From: Acidobacteriota bacterium
GTDB lineage: Bacteria > Acidobacteriota > UBA6911 > RPQK01 > JADFOI01
DNA: 64,000 nt
Assembly (NCBI GenBank): GCA_963663035.1
Contig: OY760074.1
Location: forward strand, 1,216,001-1,280,000
Direction: 5' to 3'
Under the pieces are notes generated by a model. The model worked only from the letters and a program-made list of their open reading frames with translations, was not told the DNA's origin and searched no databases. Below are positions 44,796 to 51,992 of this stretch, one piece after another. How positions within the stretch are numbered: the stretch's first letter is position 1; each line of letters opens with the position of its first letter. The position numbers were made by a program, and so were the translations under genes.

Positions 44796-44857
44796 TGCCC
44801 GGGGAGGGACTCGAACCCTCACGAGGGAAACCCTCACAGGATTTTAAGTCCTGTGCG
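44796..44857 (-). pseudogene. tRNA-Leu(UAA) 3' fragment, att-like site 2
   Basis: Direct repeat of 32846-32907, sharing ~100 bp of flank with GGCACA repeats. Confidence 0.85.
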
Positions 44858-45121
44858 CTTTTTTGACCGGGCGACTGGGCATGCAGCTGGTTCAGGCTAC
44901 CTGAGCGTCGTCATATAGGAACCTCAATAACGGATGGGTCCATTCTTCGGATAAGTATATACGGGCAGTCCCTTCAGGCTCCTTGCACCTCGTTTGGTTA
45001 GGATACCCACATGTGTTGTGTCTCTTTCGCTCTAACAACTGCACTGTTGTATGCCCTTGGGCGAAACCAGTTTCTAACCGCCTTCACGCCGACTTGAACG
45101 CACCGACCAACCAGAGCGGGC

Positions 45122-45153
45122 ACATGTACGGTAAGCGGACTATACGTCCAAGT
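45122..45153 (-). other. dif-like 13-6-13 site (left boundary of module C)
   Basis: ACATGTACGGTAA-GCGGAC-TATACGTCCAAGT. Confidence 0.68.
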
Positions 45154-45156
45154 GGA

Positions 45157-45261
45157 CTAGGAACACGAGGATGTTAAGAATAACAAATGGGGCACACCGA
45201 CATCTTGAATCGGGGACCGATGGGGAGTTCGGACCCCATGGACAAAATGCCAGACGGGTAA
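45157..45261 (+). pseudogene. Decayed IntI-like 3' end, copy C
   Basis: LG/HEDVK...HTDILNRGPMGSSDPMDKMPDG-stop with frameshifts; homologous to 35775-35868. Confidence 0.72.
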
Positions 45262-45416
45262 TATGCGGGTCAGTATAAAGACTTCTGCTTCGAGTGCCAT
45301 GTCCAGCGGAACTCGTTGCCAGTAAGATTACTTACGTAGCGTCTTCAGCCGATTTCTGCTTGCGTTTTATACGGACAATTATGAGGATATACGGATCAGC
45401 ATATTCACTGTTAGCC
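45261..45416 (+). other. Mini-integron leader / attI-like site, copy C
   Basis: Ends CAGCATATTCACTG|TTAGCC; complementary to the cassette R'' GGCTAAC. Confidence 0.78.
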
Positions 45417-45451
45417 ACACACCACAACCAGGAAGCGAAGGAGCGAAGAAG

Positions 45452-45814
45452 GTGATCAAGTTTGTCATGTGTTTGACACGCCACCCGCGTATGACTCGCG
45501 AAGAATTCAGGGACTACTGGAAGAACAAGCATGGTCCGTTCTTTATGAAGAATGCAGATAAGATGGGTGCCCAGAGGTACGTGCAATCTCACACCCTGAA
45601 CACGCCGCTAAATGAAGGCCTCAGGGCCTCCAGAGGGATGCTTCCTGAATATGACGGCGTTGCGGAAGTCTGGTTCGAGTCAGAAGAAGCGCTTGTTGCG
45701 GGAATGAGCTCTCCTGAGGGGCAGCAACTTGGCGCAGCCCTGCTGGAAGATGAGGGGAACTTCATCGACCATTCCAAATCATCGGCGTTTATCGTTGAGG
45801 AGCACGAATTCTAG
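45452..45814 (+). CDS. EthD-domain protein, gene cassette
   Basis: RHPRMTREEFRDYWKNKHGP...RYVQSH...YDGVAEVWFES...EDEGNFID. Confidence 0.9.
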   Translation: MIKFVMCLTRHPRMTREEFRDYWKNKHGPFFMKNADKMGAQRYVQSHTLNTPLNEGLRASRGMLPEYDGVAEVWFESEEALVAGMSSPEGQQLGAALLEDEGNFIDHSKSSAFIVEEHEF

Positions 45815-45816
45815 GT

Positions 45817-45879
45817 GGCTAACAGGGCGATGCAGGCGGACCGGCCTCCGGCCGGCCGCTGATCGCCAAGGCGTTAGCT
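45817..45879 (+). other. attC site (module C)
   Basis: R'' GGCTAAC-AGGGCGATGCAGGCGGACCGGCC-TCC-GGCCGGCCGCTGATCGCCAAGGC-R' GTTAGCT. Confidence 0.9.
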
Positions 45880-45920
45880 CAGTCATGGAGAAGACGATCT
45901 TCTCAGCCACCCTTTCGCCC

Positions 45921-45952
45921 ACTTGGACGTATAACGCCCTTACCGTGCAAGT
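45921..45952 (+). other. dif-like 13-6-13 site (right boundary of module C)
   Basis: ACTTGGACGTATA-ACGCCC-TTACCGTGCAAGT; left arm is a perfect inverted repeat of 45141-45153. Confidence 0.7.
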
Positions 45953-46102
45953 GAAGATTACTCAGAACCTCAGAAGTAGCTTCTGGGAAGTTGAGACCCG
46001 CACCGGACGAAGTGCCATCTCCAATTTAAACCCAGTTCTTCTCTCGAAATTGGGTCCCACAGTACCGAAGGGGAGGGAACTAAGGTTCCAGTTGATGCCA
46101 GG

Positions 46103-47725
46103 CTAGGGAATCTGGGCGCCGGCGGTCTGGGGTTCTTTGTCCGTGGTTTGGTCTTGGCGGTCTGAGGGGAACAGCAACTTGTACAGGACACTGTCGATGA
46201 TCGCTTTCCAGCTGGCTTCCATGACATTGGAGGAGACGCCAAGAGTACTCCAGGTTCGCTGACCATCGGTGGACTCGATGAGGACACGCACTTTGGCAGC
46301 AGTTCCGCTCTGAGCGTCAAGGACTCGTACTTTGTAGTCGATGAGCCGGACCTCATTAATCTCGGGAAAGAAGCGCCCCAGTGCTTTTTTGATGGCCTGG
46401 TCCTGGGCGTGAACAGGTCCATCTCCGTGGGAGACGACATGTTCCTCGACCCCGTCCACACTGATCTTGGCGGTGGCCTCACTCACAAATTGGCCGGAGG
46501 GATTCTGGTCCACCAGTATCCGGAATCCCTTAAAATCAAAGGGTTGTTCCCGGTCTTTCCCGAATCTGTGAAAAAGGAGCTTTAAGCTGCCGTCGGCCCC
46601 TTCAAACTGATATCCCTCGTATTCAAGTTGCTTGATCTCTTCCAACAGTGAGCTTAAGTCAATATCTTCCGGATCGAGATCCCCGAATTCCCGGATCTTG
46701 TAAAGCAAATTGCTCTTCCCGGACAGATCAGAGACCAGGACCCGGCGGGTGTTTCCCACCACGTCCGGGTTGGCGTGCTCGTAGGTTCGTGGATCTTTGT
46801 TGATGCCGCTCACATGGAGTCCTCCTTTGTGGGCAAAAGCACTCTGGCCCACAAAAGCGAGGTTGTTGGGTAGAACCATATTGGCCGTTTCACTGACAAA
46901 ATAGGCAAGGGAAGTCAGGCCCTTGAGTTTTTCCGGGCCGACTGTCTCTTTGTCCAGTTTCAACTCCAGGGTCGGAATCACGGAGCAGAGATTGGCATTG
47001 CCGCAGCGTTCTCCATACCCGTTAATTGTTCCCTGAACCATACGGGCGCCGGCTTGGACGGCAGCAATGGTGTTGGCAACTCCCATCTCACAATCGTTGT
47101 GGGTATGAATGCCGAGGAAGGGAAATTCGGGGCTTAACTGGTGTGCCAGGGATTGAATTGTGGAGGGGAGGTTTCCTCCATTGGTGTCACAGAGCACGAC
47201 CCAGTCGGCTCCCGCCTCGCGGGCCGTCCGAAGCACGGCCTTAGCATACCTGGGATTGGCCGCGTAGCCGTCAAAGAAGTGCTCGGCGTCAAAGATGACT
47301 TCCTTGTCCTTCTCCTTCAGGTAAGCGATGCTGTCTTGAATCATGCTGAGGTTTTCCTCCAGAGTCGTCCCCAGAGCCCGCTCTACGTGAAAATCCCAGC
47401 TTTTGCCCACCAGAGTAATCGCCGGGGTATCCGCCTCTAGCAGGGCGGCAATGTTGGGATCCCGATCCACCGAATTTTTGTAGTGGCGGGTGCTGCCGAA
47501 GGCCACAATTTTGCTCGACTCCCAGGAAAGGTCTCGGGCCCGCCGGAAAAATTCCACATCTGTCTGGTTGGAGCCTGGCCAGCCGCCTTCGATGTAATCA
47601 ACACCGAAAGCATCCAGCTTTTGGGCAATGTGGAGCTTGTCCTCGACGCTGAGTGAGATGCGTTCTCCTTGAGTCCCGTCTCGCAGGGTACAGTCATAAA
47701 TGAAAACCTTTTTGCTATCGCTCAT
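46103..47725 (-). CDS. cimA: Citramalate synthase
   Basis: YDCTLRDGTQGE, IEGGWPGSN, DAEHFFDG, GERCGNANL, AFAHKGGLH and DYKVRVL, typical of bacterial CimA. Confidence 0.92.
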   Translation of the reverse strand: MSDSKKVFIYDCTLRDGTQGERISLSVEDKLHIAQKLDAFGVDYIEGGWPGSNQTDVEFFRRARDLSWESSKIVAFGSTRHYKNSVDRDPNIAALLEADTPAITLVGKSWDFHVERALGTTLEENLSMIQDSIAYLKEKDKEVIFDAEHFFDGYAANPRYAKAVLRTAREAGADWVVLCDTNGGNLPSTIQSLAHQLSPEFPFLGIHTHNDCEMGVANTIAAVQAGARMVQGTINGYGERCGNANLCSVIPTLELKLDKETVGPEKLKGLTSLAYFVSETANMVLPNNLAFVGQSAFAHKGGLHVSGINKDPRTYEHANPDVVGNTRRVLVSDLSGKSNLLYKIREFGDLDPEDIDLSSLLEEIKQLEYEGYQFEGADGSLKLLFHRFGKDREQPFDFKGFRILVDQNPSGQFVSEATAKISVDGVEEHVVSHGDGPVHAQDQAIKKALGRFFPEINEVRLIDYKVRVLDAQSGTAAKVRVLIESTDGQRTWSTLGVSSNVMEASWKAIIDSVLYKLLFPSDRQDQTTDKEPQTAGAQIP

Positions 47726-47740
47726 AAGTCACCTATTTGC

Positions 47741-48322
47741 CTATCCCTGTTTGGCCTTGACCTTCGATTTTACTGGGGTTTTCTTACCGCTGGACTTGTC
47801 CACCAGTGATGGGTCCTGCCGGGCTGAGGAGCTTCTCCGATTTTTCGTCTTTCCTCGCGCAAGCGTCAGCTCGCCCGTGCGGTGAAGGTCCCCGATTCCA
47901 TAGACCTGCATGTTTTCTAAAAAGGCGTCAATTTTTTCTGCCTGTCCAGTGATCTCAAAGATGTAACTCTTGGGTCTTACGTCGATCACGCGGGCCCGGA
48001 ACACCTCAGCGAGAGCCAGGACTTCGGTCCTGTTCTCCTCGTTGACGTGCACTCGCACCAGTGCCATCTCCCGCAACACATGCACGACCGGGTTGTAGAG
48101 AGAGACCTTGATAACATGAATCAACTTGCTCACCTGTTTCACGACCTGTTCGGTCCCGGCTTCATCGGTGTCTGTGGTCAGTGTGATCCGGGAAGTCGTG
48201 GGCTCCAGGGTTGGAGCCACGTTCAAGCTTTCAATGTTGTAACCGCGCTGGCTGAAGAGTCCCACCACACGCGACAGCACGCCAGCTTGGTTTTCAACTA
48301 ACAGTGAAATGACCTGTCGCAT
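47741..48322 (-). CDS. ilvN: Acetolactate synthase small regulatory subunit
   Basis: ISLLVENQAGVLSRVVGLFSQRGYNIESL ACT domain; REMALVRV...FRARVIDV; GGGAG RBS. Confidence 0.92.
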   Translation of the reverse strand: MRQVISLLVENQAGVLSRVVGLFSQRGYNIESLNVAPTLEPTTSRITLTTDTDEAGTEQVVKQVSKLIHVIKVSLYNPVVHVLREMALVRVHVNEENRTEVLALAEVFRARVIDVRPKSYIFEITGQAEKIDAFLENMQVYGIGDLHRTGELTLARGKTKNRRSSSARQDPSLVDKSSGKKTPVKSKVKAKQG

Positions 48323-48328
48323 CTTGTC

Positions 48329-48448
48329 TCCCGTGACTTCCACCGCCTCTGTACAGAACACTCTTTCCAGGGATTCAAGGAATTCCAGGTTCTGTACGGA
48401 GGAGGTGGGAGTTGAACCCGTAAGGGGTCAATTCCTCCGTATAGAACC
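48329..48448 (-). promoter_or_regulatory. Attenuator with mutually exclusive stems
   Basis: Segment 48388-48403 is complementary to both 48433-48448 (in the leader ORF) and 48346-48359 (next to the ilvN RBS). Confidence 0.75.
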
Positions 48449-48550
48449 GGAGAGAATAATGTTGCCAATAATTACGAGGCTGATAGGGATGGGAAGAAAG
48501 CTCTCGTCGCTGAGTTGGACCCAATGTGTTCCCTTGAGTATTGTGCTCAT
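48428..48550 (-). CDS. Ile/Leu/Val-rich leader peptide (40 aa)
   Basis: MSTILKGTHWVQLSDESFLPIPISLVIIGNIILSGSIRRN with GAGGG RBS; below the ORF-track length cutoff. Confidence 0.75.
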   Translation of the reverse strand: MSTILKGTHWVQLSDESFLPIPISLVIIGNIILSGSIRRN

Positions 48551-48631
48551 TTTACCCTCGCAATCAGTTCTGAGAATATGAGATGGGAACTGTACAAGTC
48601 AAGCCAAAAGTGCTCCTTTGGCGGGTCTCCC

Positions 48632-49219
48632 TCATTGCTCAGTTTCCATAAAATAGTAGCCCACCAGATGCTGAATCAGAAAGTGACCCTCTTCAATGTG
48701 TCCCATGTGGGAAGATTCCACAAACACGGGGTAACGTGCTAGTTCACCCAGTTTTCCTCCGGGACGCCCGGTGATACCCACCGTCAAGATGGAATTTTGA
48801 TTGGCCCACTGGACGACTTCCAGCACATTGGGTGAATTGCCGCTGCCACTAAAGGCAATTAGCAAATCCTCCGGCCGGGCATAGTTCTTGAGCTGCTCGA
48901 CGAAGATTTGTGAGTAATCCGTGTCGTTTGCCAGTGCAGTTATCCAGGAGATGTTATCTGTGAGAGCCAGGACACGGAAGCGCTTATCGTGGCCACAGGA
49001 AGCTCCTTTTCCAAGGTCATTGGCAAAATGAGATGCCGTGGTCGCACTCCCCCCGTTACCGCAAAGAAAAATTTGGCGGCCCGCCTCTCGGGCAGCGGAC
49101 AATAGTTCTATCAACTGAGCTACCTCATTCTCAGCAATTTTTTCCAAAGCAGCCAGACTCTTCTCCTTGTAGGATTTGAGAAAATCCGATCGGTCGTTTC
49201 CACTTATTTTCTGGCCCAT
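48632..49219 (-). CDS. gmhA: SIS-domain phosphoheptose isomerase (GmhA-like)
   Basis: CGNGGS, ITALAND, FSGSGNSPNV and IEEGH. Confidence 0.82.
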   Translation of the reverse strand: MGQKISGNDRSDFLKSYKEKSLAALEKIAENEVAQLIELLSAAREAGRQIFLCGNGGSATTASHFANDLGKGASCGHDKRFRVLALTDNISWITALANDTDYSQIFVEQLKNYARPEDLLIAFSGSGNSPNVLEVVQWANQNSILTVGITGRPGGKLGELARYPVFVESSHMGHIEEGHFLIQHLVGYYFMETEQ

Positions 49220-49423
49220 AGACCTTCCTCCTTAATCCTGCTTCTTCACATGCTGCTGTTCCCTTATAACATATACAGCGGCCTGGAAGGGAAGTGAGAC
49301 AGTCATCCACCAGCGGCAGTTCTTCCCTCAGAATATTCTTGATTTCTCCTGTTCTTTAGAGTATTTCCTAATGAGGATGAAGGCAGTGGTATTTTTCAGA
49401 ACATTTGTCAGGAGAGAAGACCG

Positions 49424-49663
49424 ATGACTGATATGGTTGCGGAAATGGAAAAGGGCTGGAATGAGAAAATCATCTTCAGTCTGAGCGATTACAAAGGGAA
49501 AAACTACGCAGATATTCGAATTTATTTCGAAGATGATGAAGGTGCATGGAAGCCCACAAAAAAGGGCATCACGATTGCCCTGGATCGCTTTTCCGAATTC
49601 AAGGAGCGTCTAGGGGAATTGGAAAAATTCCTGACTTCTGAAGGACACCTGCCCGCCGAGTAA
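49424..49663 (+). CDS. PC4/YdbC-family ssDNA-binding protein
   Basis: YKGKNYADIRIYF...WKPTKKGITI. Confidence 0.88.
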   Translation: MTDMVAEMEKGWNEKIIFSLSDYKGKNYADIRIYFEDDEGAWKPTKKGITIALDRFSEFKERLGELEKFLTSEGHLPAE

Positions 49664-49704
49664 CCAAATATAGGCTGTTCCACCAACCCAAAGGAGTGTT
49701 CTAC

Positions 49705-49938
49705 ATGTCGGATAGTGAAATTCTCTGTCGAAACAACGGACCGCTGCGCATTTCAGGAAACTTTGTCATCAAGGATGCTGATGACGGCGTCTTTGATCTT
49801 GCCGGACGCACTGTGATCTCCCTTTGCCGATGTGGCCTCTCCAAAAACAAACCCTTCTGTGATGGCGAGCATAAACGGGAGGGGTTTCAATCAGAGGTAA
49901 AGGCACGCCAGCTGGCGCCACCGGCGCCCAAGGCGTGA
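49705..49938 (+). CDS. CDGSH iron-sulfur domain protein
   Basis: NGPL...LCRCGLSKNKPFCDGEH; AAGGAG RBS. Confidence 0.92.
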   Translation: MSDSEILCRNNGPLRISGNFVIKDADDGVFDLAGRTVISLCRCGLSKNKPFCDGEHKREGFQSEVKARQLAPPAPKA

Positions 49939-50090
49939 GTTAGTGCTGGGGTGAGGGGCGAGGGAAGATCAGGAAGTAAAACTTTACATAATATTTCTTA
50001 TCCGACGTTCCAGGTGTCGCAATTATCTCGTCTTAGCTCAACTGTAGGGCGTCAAACGGTGGGATTTGTTGTCAGTGGTCAGCGTTTCCC

Positions 50091-50576
50091 TCACATCTTG
50101 TACTTCCCCAGATCTTCGGGTCTGAGATTCTCCAGCCACTTTTTGATGTCTTCCTCCTCCAGATGCTCCTTTTCCAGGCTGATGTTGGTGCTGCTGTTGA
50201 TCACCTCTTCGGTGACATAGATAGGAGCGTCGGTTCGCAGAGCCAGAGCGATGGCATCACTGGGACGGCTGTCAATGGTGATGTGATCGCCGTTCAACTG
50301 AATGTGGATGACGGCGAAGAAGGTATTGTCCTGAAGGTCGGTCACGACAATTTTGTCCACGTTGGCATTGAGCTGCAGCAGGACATTTTTGAGAAGGTCA
50401 TGGGTCATGGGCCGGGCGGGTTCGATTCGCTCGATTTGCAGAGCGATGGCATTGGCTTCAAAGATGCCGACCCAGATGGGCAGCAATGTGTTCTTTTCAA
50501 CACCCTGCAGGATCACAATGGGAGACTGGTTGATGGGATCCATCATTAAACCCTTGATTTTAAATTCCCGTTCCAT
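50091..50576 (-). CDS. Bifunctional nuclease family (DUF151) protein
   Basis: LPIWVGIFEANAI, RPMTHDL and DSRPSDAIALA. Confidence 0.93.
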   Translation of the reverse strand: MEREFKIKGLMMDPINQSPIVILQGVEKNTLLPIWVGIFEANAIALQIERIEPARPMTHDLLKNVLLQLNANVDKIVVTDLQDNTFFAVIHIQLNGDHITIDSRPSDAIALALRTDAPIYVTEEVINSSTNISLEKEHLEEEDIKKWLENLRPEDLGKYKM

Positions 50577-50584
50577 AAGTACTC

Positions 50585-51934
50585 CTACGCGCAGTTTTGC
50601 TGACGGTCAGTGGTTTTTTGACCGACCAGGCTGTTAGGGCCGACATCGGTGATGAAGACCTCAGTGAATGTCCCAGGGAGATCGGTGCCCGGAAAGTTGA
50701 CCACCTTGTTAGTAGATGTTCTCCCAAAGCGGCGCACGCCATCGCGTGCCGTTCCTTCCACCAGCACTTCCAGGTGGCGTCCCAGATAGTGCTCCTGGTG
50801 AAGGCGCAGCTGAATTCCCTTTTGTATCTGTTGTAGCTGCATCAGACGGCGTGTCCTTTCCTCCTCAGGAAGCTCATCCTGCCAATGCTCGGCCGCTGTA
50901 GCAGGACGAGGGGAGTATTTGAAGGAGAACATGGATTCAAACTGCACCTCTTGGACCAGGCTCAGGGTCTGTTGAAAATCCCCTTCGCTCTCGCCGGGAA
51001 AACCCACAATGACGTCCGTGGAGAGAGCGATGGGGCGACCACAATTGCGAAACTTGTCAACCACTTCAAGATAGCGTTCCCTCGTGTACTGGCGCCGCAT
51101 GCGCTTGAGTATAGGTGTGGAACCGGACTGTAGTGGTAGATGCACCTGATTGCAAATCGTTTCCCTTTCGCCGATCACCCGGATGGTGGCGTCGTCGAAC
51201 TCCCGAGGATGGGGTGAAGTAAAGCGAACTCTTCGAACTCCCGGAATCGACGCCACCTGAGACAACAGATCAGCAAACCTGAAGTGCCCATCATGGGGAT
51301 CCTTGTAGCTGTTGACGGTCTGACCCAGGAGCAGGATCTCCACATATCCCTGATCAACGGCTTTTCGGGCTTCATGCAGCACTGCCTGGGCGGGACGGTT
51401 TCTTTCCCGGCCACGAGTAGAAGGAACGATACAGAAGCTGCACTGCTTGTTGCAACCTTCCATGATGGTGATGTTGGCCCGAAAGTCACTTTGACGAATC
51501 ACCTGAGGGATTTCAACCGGAGATGGAGCCGGCAGAAAGTCCGTGGCCACACGAGCGCCGTTCCCTTGCCGTTGCTCGACTTCCTCCAGCAGGTCTGGGA
51601 GGGCGTGATACATGTGAGTGCCCACCACCAGGTCCACGAAAGGCACTTTCTTGGCCATTTCCTCACCTTCCTGCTGGGCCAGGCACCCCAGCACTCCGAT
51701 CCGGAACTGGGGATGTGAGGTCTTGTGTTTCTTGACTTCTCCCAGGCGGCTGTACAGCTTCTGGGCAGCCTTCTCGCGGACGCTGCAGGTATTGAGGAGA
51801 AACAGGTCGGCCTCCTCGAGAGAGTTGACCGCCACCATGCCACGATGAGCCAGCAACCCGGCGATTTTCTCCGAGTCATGCTCATTCATCTGGCAACCGA
51901 AGGTTTCGATGTAAAATCGCTGCAGCATCCTCAC
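50585..51934 (-). CDS. miaB: tRNA-2-methylthio-N6-dimethylallyladenosine synthase
   Basis: TFGCQMNEHDSE, NTCSVRE, CNKQCSFC radical SAM motif, TRAM domain. Confidence 0.95.
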   Translation of the reverse strand: MRMLQRFYIETFGCQMNEHDSEKIAGLLAHRGMVAVNSLEEADLFLLNTCSVREKAAQKLYSRLGEVKKHKTSHPQFRIGVLGCLAQQEGEEMAKKVPFVDLVVGTHMYHALPDLLEEVEQRQGNGARVATDFLPAPSPVEIPQVIRQSDFRANITIMEGCNKQCSFCIVPSTRGRERNRPAQAVLHEARKAVDQGYVEILLLGQTVNSYKDPHDGHFRFADLLSQVASIPGVRRVRFTSPHPREFDDATIRVIGERETICNQVHLPLQSGSTPILKRMRRQYTRERYLEVVDKFRNCGRPIALSTDVIVGFPGESEGDFQQTLSLVQEVQFESMFSFKYSPRPATAAEHWQDELPEEERTRRLMQLQQIQKGIQLRLHQEHYLGRHLEVLVEGTARDGVRRFGRTSTNKVVNFPGTDLPGTFTEVFITDVGPNSLVGQKTTDRQQNCA

Positions 51935-51992
51935 TGCTAGCCATTTTAACGAACTTCAACCGAGGGATACAAGAATAGGAGAGTCTACTCAA

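Larger units (their letters stand above)
25949..46100. other. Accessory island / recombination hotspot between core gene blocks
   Basis: Dense ISs, pseudogenes, att-like tRNA fragments, integron-like modules and a recombinase; boundaries approximate. Confidence 0.8.

Noticed and set aside
25949-46100. Prophage, conjugative element, retron or DGR
   Set aside because: No structural phage, T4SS, relaxase or reverse transcriptase genes recognised.
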